Made by a program: the position numbers and the translations under genes. From positions 13,419-77,418 of the forward strand of contig JAMLIA010000004.1 of assembly GCA_023954495.1 (NCBI GenBank): DNA of 64,000 bases, given 5' to 3'. The notes beneath the pieces are model-generated. The model searched no databases and had not been told where the DNA came from. It worked only from the letters and a program-made list of their open reading frames with translations. The DNA comes from Thermomicrobiales bacterium. Lineage in GTDB: Bacteria; Chloroflexota; Chloroflexia; Thermomicrobiales; CFX8. This document shows, piece after piece, positions 41,202 to 49,796 of the stretch; position 1 is the first letter of the stretch, and every line of letters starts with the position of its first letter.

Positions 41202-42209
41202 TCAGGACGGAATGGTCTTCTTTGGCAGCCAGGTCATCATGCCGCGCAGCTCTTCGCCGACCTGCTCGATCTGATGGCCGGTGGCGTTGGAGCGCAGCTT
41301 CATGAAGTTGCCGCGACCCGCCTCGTTCTCGGCAATCCACTCATTGGCGAATTCACCCGACTGGATATCGCCCAGAATCTGCTCCATCGTTGCGCGGACG
41401 CGATCGTCGATCACGCGCGGGCCAGAGACGTAGTCGCCGTACTCCGCCGTGTCAGATACCGAGTAGCGCATGTACTTGATGCCGCCCTGATACATCAGGT
41501 CGACGATCAACTTCAGCTCGTGCAGCACTTCAAAGTAGGCGATCTGCGGCTGATAGCCGGCATTTACGAGCGTCTCGAAGGCAGTCGTCACCAGCGAAGA
41601 CACGCCACCGCAGAGAACAACCTGCTCGCCGAAGAGATCGGTCTCGGTCTCTTCCTTGAATGTCGTCTCGATCACGCCGGCCTTGGTGCTGCCGATGCCG
41701 CTCGCGTATGCGAGCGCGACGTCCTTGGCACTTCCCGAGAAATCCTGATGGATGGCGATCAGTGCCGGGATGCCGACGCCTTCGACATAGGTGTCGCGCA
41801 GGATATGTCCAGGACCCTTTGGCGCGATCATGGCGACGTCGATGTTCTCGGGCGGCGAGATGTGGCCGAAGTGGATGTTGAAGCCGTGGGCGAACATCAG
41901 CATGTTGCCATCCTGGAGGTTCGGTGCGATGGCTTCGTTGTACAGCTTCTTCTGAATATGATCCGGTACCAGGATCATGATGACATCAGCCTCGGCGGCC
42001 GCGTCGGCGACCGACATGACCTTGAGGCCGTCTTCTTCGGCCTTCTTCCACGAGCGGCTGCCGTCATACAGGCCGACGCGTACGTCGTAACCGGACTCAT
42101 GCAGGTTCAGCGCGTGCGCGTGCCCCTGACTGCCGTAACCCATGACCGCGATCTTGCGGTCGCGAAGCGCGTCTGCGTTCGCATCCGCCTCGTAATAAAT
42201 GGTCGCCAC
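41202..42209 (-). CDS. ilvC: ketol-acid reductoisomerase (class I)
   Basis: ATIYYEADA...[24 protein letters not shown] and [14 protein letters not shown] 42209 gives the usual class-I size (about 336 aa); the upstream extension to 42296 has no homology-like sequence. Confidence 0.95.
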   Translation of the reverse strand: MATIYYEADANADALRDRKIAVMGYGSQGHAHALNLHESGYDVRVGLYDGSRSWKKAEEDGLKVMSVADAAAEADVIMILVPDHIQKKLYNEAIAPNLQDGNMLMFAHGFNIHFGHISPPENIDVAMIAPKGPGHILRDTYVEGVGIPALIAIHQDFSGSAKDVALAYASGIGSTKAGVIETTFKEETETDLFGEQVVLCGGVSSLVTTAFETLVNAGYQPQIAYFEVLHELKLIVDLMYQGGIKYMRYSVSDTAEYGDYVSGPRVIDDRVRATMEQILGDIQSGEFANEWIAENEAGRGNFMKLRSNATGHQIEQVGEELRGMMTWLPKKTIPS

Positions 42210-42304
42210 CGATCTGCCCGTTCCTTCCCAACCCTGTTCACTGCGGTGCACTCGCAACCGCTCTTTCGCCCCTGTATCCGCGTACTGTAGGCTCAACCGC
42301 CACG

Positions 42305-42832
42305 TCAGGCAACTGCGTCCTGAACGACTGTCAAGCGCGAGTTTCCGGTGCCACGCACCATAGCCACCAAGCCCGTACGCGCGACTTCCTTTATGCCATA
42401 CGGCCGAATCATCGTGAGCATCGAATCAATCTTGTCGCTCGGTCCCGTCACCTCAAGGATGAGCGTGTCCGGGGTGGCATCGACGAAGCGCGCGCGGTAG
42501 ATGTCTGTGGCCAGGCGCATGACATCGGCGCGCGTGCGCTCGGTGGCGGCCACCTTGACCAATGCCAGCTCACGCTGGATCAGGTTCTCGCCGGTCACGT
42601 CAGTGACCTTGACGACCTCAAGCAGCTTATAGAGCTGCTTGGTCACCTGCTCAACCATCCGGTCGTCGCCACCGATGACAAACGTCATACGAGACATGCC
42701 CGTGGTTTCAGAGTGGCCGACCGCGACCGAGTTGACGTTGAATCCGCGCTGCCTGAACAGGCTCATCACACGGTTCAGCACGCCTGGGTGATCTTCAACC
42801 AGCACCACCAATGTGTGAGAACGCTGCGTCAT
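42305..42832 (-). CDS. ilvN: acetolactate synthase small (regulatory) subunit
   Basis: [34 protein letters not shown] (ACT domain). ATG 42832 follows the ilvB stop, with GGGTGAG as SD. Confidence 0.9.
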   Translation of the reverse strand: MTQRSHTLVVLVEDHPGVLNRVMSLFRQRGFNVNSVAVGHSETTGMSRMTFVIGGDDRMVEQVTKQLYKLLEVVKVTDVTGENLIQRELALVKVAATERTRADVMRLATDIYRARFVDATPDTLILEVTGPSDKIDSMLTMIRPYGIKEVARTGLVAMVRGTGNSRLTVVQDAVA

Positions 42833-42836
42833 GCTT

Positions 42837-44582
42837 TTACTCACCCTTCTCGATCAGTTCGCCATACGACCCACCACTCGGAATCATCGGGTAGACGTTC
42901 ATCTCCTGCTCGACGACGAAGTTGAGCAGTGTCGGCCCGACAATCTCACGGGCCCACTCAATTGCGACATCAACGTCATCACGGCTCGTCACCGTCCGCG
43001 CGGCCATGCCGTATGCGGTCGCCAGCATCTGGAAATCGGGCTGGCTGATGAACGTCTCTGAGTAGTTGCGGTCGTGGAACAGCTGTTGCCACTGGCGGAC
43101 CATGCCGAGGTAGCCGTTGTTGATGATGACCACATTCACGTTCGCCTGCTCCTGAACGAGCGTGGCGAATTCGAACAACGTCATTTGAACTCCACCATCA
43201 CCAACGACTGCCCAGACCTCGTCATCAGGTCTGGCGAGCGCCGCGCCGAGCGCAGCCGGCACGCCGAAGCCCATGGTTCCAAGGCCGCCGGACGTGACCC
43301 AGTTGTTGGGCTTGTTGCATTGGAAGTACTGTGCCGCCCACATCTGGTGCTGACCGACATCGGTGACGACGATCGCATTGCCGTCAGTCGCCTCGCAAAG
43401 TCGCTCCATCACGAACTGCGGCTGGAGCACCGCGTCGTTCGCGTGCGGGCGATATGGTGGAGTGCGTCGCCACTCGGCGATGGACTCAATCCACTCATCG
43501 TGACGCAACTCTTCAAGCTCGGCATTCAGCAGCGCCAATGCCTGACGTGCATCCCCAACGACCGGCACTGTGGTTTCGATGTTCTTGCCGATCTCCGCCG
43601 GGTCGATGTCGATATGCACTACGCGTGCGTTCGGCGCGAAATCGCTGACCCGGCCAGTGACACGATCGTCGAATCGCATGCCGACCCCGATGAGCACGTC
43701 AGTTTCGTAGATCGCGCGGTTCGCATGAGCGAAGCCGTGCATACCGACCATGCCGAGGCATAGTGGGTGATTCTGATCGAGGCCACCGATGCCCAGCAGC
43801 GTCAGGCCGACCGGTATCTGCGCCTTCTCGGCAAGCGTCTTCAACTCATCCATCGCGCCAGAGAGCAGAATACCGTGGCCAGCCAGAATCAACGGCTTCT
43901 GCGCATTGCGAATTTCCTGCGCAGCCAGGCGAATCTGCCGCCGATGCGGCGTGTAGGTCGGCTTATATCCCACCAGATCGAGCGATTCCGCCGCGCCAAG
44001 CTCGGACGCAGCCAGCAGCACATCCTTCGGGATGTCGACGAGCACCGGACCGGGGCGGCCCGACTTCGCCAGATGAAACGCCTTCTGGATCGTTGGGCCG
44101 ATGTCGGCGGCGTGGCGCACGAGAAAGTTGTGCTTCGTGATCGGCAGCGTAATTCCGGTGATGTCGATCTCCTGGAACGCGTCGCTGCCGATGAAGTGCT
44201 GCCCCACCTGGCCAGTGATGGCGACCATCGGGATCGAGTCGAGCATGGCAGTGGCAATCGGCGTCACGAGGTTCGTCGCGCCCGGCCCGGATGTCGCCAG
44301 ACAAACACCGACCTTGCCAGTCACGCGGGCGTAGCCATCAGCAGCGTGCCCGGCACCCTGCTCATGCCGCACCAGAACGTGGTGGATTGACGGGAACTCG
44401 GGGAGGACATCGTATAAGGGAATGACTGCGCCGCCGGGGTAGCCGAAGACCGTGTCAACGCCCTCTCGAACAAGCGCCTCGCACAGAACTCGCGCGCCGA
44501 TGCTCGGAGCAGCTTTCGCGACTGACCTGGGTTGCGATGCTGCCGGCGCTGCGCCGGATTCCTCAGGTGTTGTTGCCACCAT
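42837..44582 (-). CDS. ilvB: acetolactate synthase large (catalytic) subunit
   Basis: VFGYPGGAVIPLYD, LATSGPGATNLVTPIA and GGLGTMGFGVPAALGA...GDGGVQM (ThDP motif). Confidence 0.95.
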   Translation of the reverse strand: MVATTPEESGAAPAASQPRSVAKAAPSIGARVLCEALVREGVDTVFGYPGGAVIPLYDVLPEFPSIHHVLVRHEQGAGHAADGYARVTGKVGVCLATSGPGATNLVTPIATAMLDSIPMVAITGQVGQHFIGSDAFQEIDITGITLPITKHNFLVRHAADIGPTIQKAFHLAKSGRPGPVLVDIPKDVLLAASELGAAESLDLVGYKPTYTPHRRQIRLAAQEIRNAQKPLILAGHGILLSGAMDELKTLAEKAQIPVGLTLLGIGGLDQNHPLCLGMVGMHGFAHANRAIYETDVLIGVGMRFDDRVTGRVSDFAPNARVVHIDIDPAEIGKNIETTVPVVGDARQALALLNAELEELRHDEWIESIAEWRRTPPYRPHANDAVLQPQFVMERLCEATDGNAIVVTDVGQHQMWAAQYFQCNKPNNWVTSGGLGTMGFGVPAALGAALARPDDEVWAVVGDGGVQMTLFEFATLVQEQANVNVVIINNGYLGMVRQWQQLFHDRNYSETFISQPDFQMLATAYGMAARTVTSRDDVDVAIEWAREIVGPTLLNFVVEQEMNVYPMIPSGGSYGELIEKGE

Positions 44583-44630
44583 CTATGCCCTGCCCTCCAT
44601 ACCCTTCAAACCCCAGATACCCATCTGCGT

Positions 44631-44668
44631 CAGAAATGAAACGAGCCTCCCGCATTGGGAGGCTCGCG
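44631..44668 (-). terminator. attenuator terminator in the ilvB leader
   Basis: CGAGCCTCCC-AAUGC-GGGAGGCTCG stem (44666-44657 / 44651-44642) followed by TTTCATTTCT, about 50 nt upstream of the ilvB ATG. Confidence 0.65.
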
Positions 44669-44708
44669 ATTCATCGGTCTATCCTGTCAGCGTATTTCGC
44701 GCGCCCCC
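44658..44708 (-). promoter_or_regulatory. candidate antiterminator helix of the ilvB leader
   Basis: GGGGGCGCGCG (44708-44698, starting right after the leader-peptide stop) pairs with CGCGAGCCTCC (44668-44658) at 10 of 11 positions. The 3' arm overlaps the terminator 5' arm. Confidence 0.55.
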
Positions 44709-44840
44709 TTATGTCTCATTCGTAATAAGAATGAGTACTACGCCGCGAATAATGGACTCGTGCACGAACGACTGATTGGCCGGACAGTCCGAAGACGTCG
44801 GCTCACTCAGCAAATTCGGCTGCAAGACCAATCGCGGCAA
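44709..44840 (-). CDS. ilvBNC leader peptide (43 codons, Ile/Val/Leu-rich)
   Basis: AAGGA, 7 nt, TTG 44840, giving (M)PRLVLQPNLLSEPTSSDCPANQSFVHESIIRGVVLILITNET, stop TAA 44711-44709. The IIRGVVLILI tract uses ATT/GTA/CTT codons. Confidence 0.6.
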   Translation of the reverse strand: MPRLVLQPNLLSEPTSSDCPANQSFVHESIIRGVVLILITNET

Positions 44841-44887
44841 TGGGGAATCCTTTTCGCACGAAGACGCTACAGTGCGCGTACCGTGGC

Positions 44888-44917
44888 ATGATACGGCGTC
44901 CGCGAGGATCTTGTCAA
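44888..44917 (-). promoter_or_regulatory. sigma70-type promoter of the ilvBNC operon
   Basis: TTGACA (44917-44912), 18 nt, TATCAT (44893-44888), about 300 nt upstream of ilvB. Confidence 0.6.
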
Positions 44918-45030
44918 GCACGGTTGATGCTCGTGACAAATGGACGAAGCGGATCTCTGCACAGGTGGAGTTCACCTGATGGCTATGCTATGATTTCCAA
45001 CGCGCTGCTCGTCAGCGACACAATCAATAT

Positions 45031-45103
45031 GCGCCCGTAGCTCAGGGGATAGAGCGTTTGGTTGCGGACCAAAAGGTCGGGGGTTCAAATCCCTCCGGGC
45101 GTA
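45031..45103 (+). tRNA. tRNA-Arg, anticodon GCG as read (no CCA encoded)
   Basis: GCGCCCG acceptor, D arm GCTC-AGGGGATA-GAGC (A20 present), anticodon arm TTTGG-TTGCGGA-CCAAA, T arm GGGGG-TTCAAAT-CCCTC. Its scaffold resembles the bacterial tRNA-Arg(ACG) scaffold as I recall it, except at position 34. Confidence 0.85.
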
Positions 45104-45110
45104 CTTGAGC

Positions 45111-45140
45111 AGGCCCTCGCTGTGCGAGGGCCTTTGCGTT
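45111..45140 (+). terminator. hairpin/terminator candidate after tRNA-Arg
   Basis: AGGCCCTCG-CTGTG-CGAGGGCCT 9-bp stem followed by TTGCGTT. Confidence 0.45.
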
Positions 45141-45201
45141 GCCCGCGTATCCAGCGCGCAGCTCATTGGCGCGCCAATTCGGGTCCGGTATACTTCGCCA
45201 C

Positions 45202-45289
45202 GGAGAGGTGTCCGAGTGGTTGAAGGTGCCGATCTCGAAAATCGGTGTGGCTGATGAGGTCACCGCGGGTTCGAATCCCGCCCTCTCCG
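45202..45289 (+). tRNA. tRNA-Ser (CGA)
   Basis: GGAGAGG acceptor, anticodon arm CCGAT-CTCGAAA-ATCGG, long variable arm, T arm CGGGTTCGAATCCCG, acceptor CCTCTCC-G. Confidence 0.9.
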
Positions 45290-45372
45290 CAGACCGACCA
45301 ATAGCCGCTCGCGTTCAGCACACAGCGACGATAGAGCTGGGCGCTGCATGCAGGCGGCTGATTTGTGTTCGG

Positions 45373-45462
45373 GGAAGGGTCGCATAGTTGGCCTAGTGCG
45401 CGCGCCTGGAAAGCGCGTAGGCGGGACCTCTCGCCTCGCGGGTTCGAATCCCGCCCCTTCCG
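45373..45462 (+). tRNA. tRNA-Ser (GGA)
   Basis: GGAAGGG acceptor, anticodon arm CGCGC-CTGGAAA-GCGCG, long variable arm, T arm GCGGGTTCGAATCCCGC, acceptor CCCTTCC-G. Confidence 0.9.
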
Positions 45463-45576
45463 CAAAGAGTTCCGCGCCCGCTGCCCGTGCAGGCACCGGC
45501 TGCGACGACACGCTTCAGTGCGTACCCAACTCCGAATTGCGCTTCCCCAGCGCATCGCGCCAACGAGAGGCACGGT

Positions 45577-46404
45577 ATGACGGAACCACACGTAGCGCCT
45601 CTGGTTGTCGAACCTCCATCGATTGGGGGTGTCAACGATTTCTGGGATCGCGTTGTGCGTGCTCCGTCTGTGGCTCTCTTCCTCGATTTTGACGGCACAC
45701 TGGCTCCGTTCCACTCCGACCGAATGCAGGCATATCCGTTGCCCGGATCGATGGACGCAATTCGAGCCATCAACGACCAGCCGCGAACGAACGTCGCGAT
45801 CGTGTCCGGTCGCCCGATCTCCGAGATCATGACGCTCATTGGCGAGCTGGGAATGACGATCTCCGGCGCACACGGCTACGAATACCGAACGCCTGACGGC
45901 GGTTATCAGGTCATCCCATTGCCAGCCGAACAACGCCTGCTGCTGGACTCGGCGCGCGAAATGGCAATGCGCATCTTCCCGGCCGAACGAGTGGAGCGCA
46001 AAGCCGCGAGCGTCGCCGCACATGTGCGTGGATTGGATGCCACAGCGGCCGCCGACATGGTGTCGCGACTGGAACAGCAGTGGCGAACATTGAGCGACTC
46101 GGACCTCGTCGATTTCCGGCCCTTCAACGGTGGGCTGGAGCTCCGAGCGAAAGGCCGAACCAAAGGCACTGTCATCAGCGAGATGCTGGATTCCGCACCC
46201 GCCGATATTCTGCCGATCTATATTGGTGATGATGACACCGACGAAGACGCGTTCAGAGCTCTCGCCGGCCGAGGTATCGGAATCAAGGTTGGCCCGGCCA
46301 ATGCCGTAACGCAGGCGATCGGCCACCTGGATAGCTGCGAAGCCGTCCGCGACATGCTGACATATTGGGCAGGACGGGAGATCCATCATGGCGCAGGCTC
46401 ATAA
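45577..46404 (+). CDS. otsB: trehalose-6-phosphate phosphatase
   Basis: FLDFDGTLAPF (HAD motif I), VSGRP and YIGDDDTDEDAF. ATG 45577 lies after GAGAGG. The longer ORF-track start would overlap tRNA-Ser. Confidence 0.85.
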   Translation: MTEPHVAPLVVEPPSIGGVNDFWDRVVRAPSVALFLDFDGTLAPFHSDRMQAYPLPGSMDAIRAINDQPRTNVAIVSGRPISEIMTLIGELGMTISGAHGYEYRTPDGGYQVIPLPAEQRLLLDSAREMAMRIFPAERVERKAASVAAHVRGLDATAAADMVSRLEQQWRTLSDSDLVDFRPFNGGLELRAKGRTKGTVISEMLDSAPADILPIYIGDDDTDEDAFRALAGRGIGIKVGPANAVTQAIGHLDSCEAVRDMLTYWAGREIHHGAGS

Positions 46405-47893
46405 CGAAAGCGACCTGAAGCGGCTCGTTGTCGTATCGAATCGTCTTCCCGTCGTGCTTTCGGCAGACGACAACGGTGGCTGGAATGTGCAACCGGGGGC
46501 CGGCGGACTGATCACGGCGCTCGCGCCAGTTCTCCGCAATCGTGGTGGCATGTGGATCGGTTGGCCCGGAACGCAGACAGACCCCAAGGTTCATGAGGCG
46601 TTGGCGAATGCGGCAGACGGCACAGGCTATACACTCAACGCTGTCGATCTGCCGGATTCAATCATCGAAGGCTACTACCAGGGATTTGCAAACGAAGTCA
46701 TCTGGCCGCTGTTCCACGATATGCTGTCGCGTTGCAACTTTCAGCCACATTACTGGCACGATTATCTGGCAGCGAACCGGATCTTCGCCAGCACGGTTGC
46801 TGAAAGTACAGAGACGCAAGACTATGTCTGGATCCACGATTATCACCTGATGAACGTTGCCGAGCAATTAAAGGCGCTCGGCGTCAGGCGACGCACCGGC
46901 TTCTTTCTCCACATTCCATTCCCGCCGCTCGACATCTTCCTGCGCATGCCCTGGCGATTCCAGATTCTGCGAGCCCTGCTGGAATTTGACCTCGTCGGTT
47001 TCCAGACAGCCCGCGACACGCGCAACTTCATTCACTGCGTGCGCAACCTGACGCCCGAGATCGAGATCTCCCGAACTCGTGGTTCCTTCTCGGTGAAGCA
47101 CGACGACCACGTGACGCGCGTCGGCTCGTTCCCAATCGGGATCGACTACGCATCGTTCGACGAGCAGGCTCGCTCCAGCGAAGTTATTCATGAGATGGAG
47201 CGTTCGTCTCATCGCCTGGCTAACATCAAGATGGTGCTTGGCATCGACCGACTCGACTACACCAAGGGACTCCCCGAGCGGATTGTCGCGTTCCAGGACG
47301 CGCTGCGACGCTATCCGGCACTGCAAGGAAACATCACGCTCATTCAGGTGGTCATCCCCAGCCGTACTGATGTTCCCGAATATCGCGCGCAACGCGAGTC
47401 GATCGAGCAGCTGGTGGGCAACGTCAACGGTGAGTTCACGCAGCCAGGGTGGGTGCCGATCCACTATCTCTATCGGTCATTGGAACCCATCGAGCTGCTC
47501 GCCTACTACCGCATGTCAGACATCTGCCTGGTGACGTCGCTCAAGGACGGCATGAATCTCGTGTCAAAGGAGTATTGCGCCTGCAATGTTGACGGCGACG
47601 GCGTACTCATTCTCAGCGAGTTCGCCGGCAGCGCAGCCCAACTTCATCGCGGGGCCATCATGGTGAATCCCAATGACATCGAGGGCATGGCCGAAGCCAT
47701 CAATCAGGCGATCGTCATGCCCGAGACGGAGCGTCGCACACGCATGCGGCGCATGCGCCAGAACGTCCGCCGCGAGAACATCTTCTGGTGGACTGATTCG
47801 TTTCTGCGAGCGGGCGCGAGCAAGCGGCTCGACGACTTCCCGGTCTCGGAGTACTTCATGCCGAAGGAACCGGCGCGGCCGTCACTCATTTAG
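46388..47893 (+). CDS. otsA: alpha,alpha-trehalose-phosphate synthase (GT20)
   Basis: LVVVSNRLPV, GGLITAL, WIHDYHL, GIDRLDYTKG, LVTSLKDGMNLVSKEY and LSEFAG. It overlaps otsB by 17 nt. Confidence 0.95.
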   Translation: MAQAHNESDLKRLVVVSNRLPVVLSADDNGGWNVQPGAGGLITALAPVLRNRGGMWIGWPGTQTDPKVHEALANAADGTGYTLNAVDLPDSIIEGYYQGFANEVIWPLFHDMLSRCNFQPHYWHDYLAANRIFASTVAESTETQDYVWIHDYHLMNVAEQLKALGVRRRTGFFLHIPFPPLDIFLRMPWRFQILRALLEFDLVGFQTARDTRNFIHCVRNLTPEIEISRTRGSFSVKHDDHVTRVGSFPIGIDYASFDEQARSSEVIHEMERSSHRLANIKMVLGIDRLDYTKGLPERIVAFQDALRRYPALQGNITLIQVVIPSRTDVPEYRAQRESIEQLVGNVNGEFTQPGWVPIHYLYRSLEPIELLAYYRMSDICLVTSLKDGMNLVSKEYCACNVDGDGVLILSEFAGSAAQLHRGAIMVNPNDIEGMAEAINQAIVMPETERRTRMRRMRQNVRRENIFWWTDSFLRAGASKRLDDFPVSEYFMPKEPARPSLI

Positions 47894-47904
47894 GCCGGGT
47901 GCTG

Positions 47905-48858
47905 TCACCACCAGCGCAACTTCCGAAATGCCCAGGCGAGGACGACGGTGAGAACGACCATGCCGATCAGCACTGCGTAGTAGCCGTAGTGCCAATGCAG
48001 CTCCGGCATGGTGTCGAAATTCATGCCGTAGATTCCGGCGATCAGCGCCAATGTCATCAGGATGATGCTGGCAACGGTGAGCGTTCGCACAGTCTGATTG
48101 AGGTCGTTCGAGACGACCGTGAGATGGACATCGATGATCGTCGAGAGAATCTCGCGGTAGTTGTCGATCGTCTCAGTGACGCGAATGACGTGGTCATAAA
48201 CGTCCTGAAAATAGGCGATGGACACTTCGCCGAGAAGCGGCAGCTCGCGCCGGGTAAATGCGTTGAACACGTCCCGCGTCGGCGCAACGACACGACGGAC
48301 ATCAAGAAGCAGGCGCTTCAGCCTGAATACCTCCTCGACCGTCCCAGTACTGCCGTGATCGAATACTCGCGCTTCGAGATCCTCGATCTGATCGCCAATG
48401 ACGTCCATGCACGGGAAGTAGCCGTCTACCACCGTGTCAGCAATCGTGTACAGCAGCATCGCCGGGGACACGTGCGCATTCCCCTGACAGTGCTCCGCCC
48501 AACGATGCGCGGCAGCATCAATCTGGGGAAGCTTGGTGTGATGCAGAGTGATGACAGTCTCGCTGGTCACAACGATGGATAGCTCGCGCATCTGCGGGCG
48601 ACCGTCACTCTGTGCGTCAAGTGCATACAGCACGACGAAGAGGTGTCCGGGATATTCCTCCGCTTTTGGGCGCTGCAGCCGTACCTCGATGTCTTCAAGT
48701 GCAAGAGGGTGGAGCCGGTAGCGCTCCGCCAGCACGTGCAACTCGGACGATGTTGGGTCAGTGATGTCGAGCCAGTCAGCTCCCGCCAGGGTCGAGGCAG
48801 AATCCTTGGCATCGGAGAACAAGCCGGGTGCGTCGAGGTCGAAGCGCCGAATTGTCAC
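47905..48858 (-). CDS. corA: magnesium/cobalt transporter CorA
   Basis: YGMNF (GIYGMNFDTMPEL) followed by two C-terminal TM helices. Confidence 0.9.
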   Translation of the reverse strand: MTIRRFDLDAPGLFSDAKDSASTLAGADWLDITDPTSSELHVLAERYRLHPLALEDIEVRLQRPKAEEYPGHLFVVLYALDAQSDGRPQMRELSIVVTSETVITLHHTKLPQIDAAAHRWAEHCQGNAHVSPAMLLYTIADTVVDGYFPCMDVIGDQIEDLEARVFDHGSTGTVEEVFRLKRLLLDVRRVVAPTRDVFNAFTRRELPLLGEVSIAYFQDVYDHVIRVTETIDNYREILSTIIDVHLTVVSNDLNQTVRTLTVASIILMTLALIAGIYGMNFDTMPELHWHYGYYAVLIGMVVLTVVLAWAFRKLRWW

Positions 48859-49775
48859 GCGAGTGGCTGGTCGGACATGGCGGACTCGATCGCCGCGCGG
48901 TTCGGCATGGACGGTTGCGCGCCAGCGATGCTGACCGACAGCGATCCCGCAACCACTCCGGCGGCCGTCGCCTCACGCAACGATGCGCCACTTGCGAGCC
49001 AGGCCGCGAAGACGCCGCAGAAACAATCGCCCGCGCCGGTCGTATCAACGACCTTCGCCTTCGGGGCCCTGATCAGCTGCGTTCCATCTGCGTGGGCAAC
49101 AACTGCCCCGCCCGCGCCGATCGTGATGATTGCAGCCGTCGGCCCGTGCCCGATCAGGTCTTCGGCGGCGCGCTTTGTTGCGGTTTCATCCCTGACATCG
49201 AACGGTCGGCCGAGCACGGCGGCGGCCTCGGATTCGTTGCAGATGAGGACGTCCACCTGATCGAGATGCGCCATGATCCGCGAATCGAACGGCGCGGCGT
49301 TGACGACCTTTGTGGCGCTATGCTCAGCGTTCAGCGCCGCCAAGACGGCGTCGAATGAGATCTCCAGAACCATCGATATAACTGAGCAATCTGATTCTAG
49401 CGCCTTGATAACTGAGGCTGGGTCGACGAGATCGTTCGCGCCAGGTACGACGACGATCTGATTCTCACCGTGCGCATCGACGATTATCTGCGCCACCCCG
49501 GACGTCGCGCCCTGGTGCTCGGCCAGGTACGTCACGTCGATGCCTTCGTCGCGCAGTTCCTGACGCCGCGCCTTGCCGAAGTCATCGTCTCCGGTTGCGC
49601 CAACAAACCTGACGTTGGCGCTAGCTCGGCGCGCTGCTACCGCCTGGTTCGCGCCTTTGCCGCCGGGGTACGTCGCGAACGCATCGCCCCGCACCGTCTC
49701 GCCGGCACGCGGCAATCGCTCGGCGCTGCTCACGAGATCAGTGTTACTGCTCCCGATGACGACAACCGTCCCCAC
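48855..49775 (-). CDS. rbsK: ribokinase / PfkB-family sugar kinase
   Basis: VVVIGSSNTDLV, GGKGANQAVAA and DTTGAGDCFCG. Confidence 0.85.
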   Translation of the reverse strand: MGTVVVIGSSNTDLVSSAERLPRAGETVRGDAFATYPGGKGANQAVAARRASANVRFVGATGDDDFGKARRQELRDEGIDVTYLAEHQGATSGVAQIIVDAHGENQIVVVPGANDLVDPASVIKALESDCSVISMVLEISFDAVLAALNAEHSATKVVNAAPFDSRIMAHLDQVDVLICNESEAAAVLGRPFDVRDETATKRAAEDLIGHGPTAAIITIGAGGAVVAHADGTQLIRAPKAKVVDTTGAGDCFCGVFAAWLASGASLREATAAGVVAGSLSVSIAGAQPSMPNRAAIESAMSDQPLA

Positions 49776-49796
49776 CCGTTCCTCCTCGATGAATTG

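Noticed and set aside
39371-42290. Long plus-strand ORFs (39371-40789, 472 aa; 41274-42290, 338 aa) and similar ones elsewhere (e.g. 8383-8964, 24195-24893, 54100-54921, 54930-55829)
   Set aside because: All lie antisense to genes with strong family signatures (M16, ilvC, PBP, BNR, DUF58, MoxR). Their Arg-rich, low-complexity translations are the expected GC-rich shadow frames.
44583-44881. T-box riboswitch in the roughly 300-nt ilvB leader
   Set aside because: No GGUGGNACCGCG-like T-box sequence or specifier-loop architecture could be found. The antiterminator candidate has no 7-nt bulge. The BCAA-rich short ORF explains the leader better.
45031-45462. tRNA-Arg/Ser/Ser cluster as a possible genomic-island integration site
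   Set aside because: No integrase, direct repeat of a tRNA 3' end, or compositionally deviant block is adjacent. The flanks are ilvB and otsBA, both ordinary core genes.
45163-46389. 408-aa minus-strand ORF spanning two tRNA-Ser genes and otsB
   Set aside because: It is antisense to well-supported features. Its composition is Arg/Gly/Ala-rich, as is typical of shadow ORFs in GC-rich DNA, and it has no recognisable motif.
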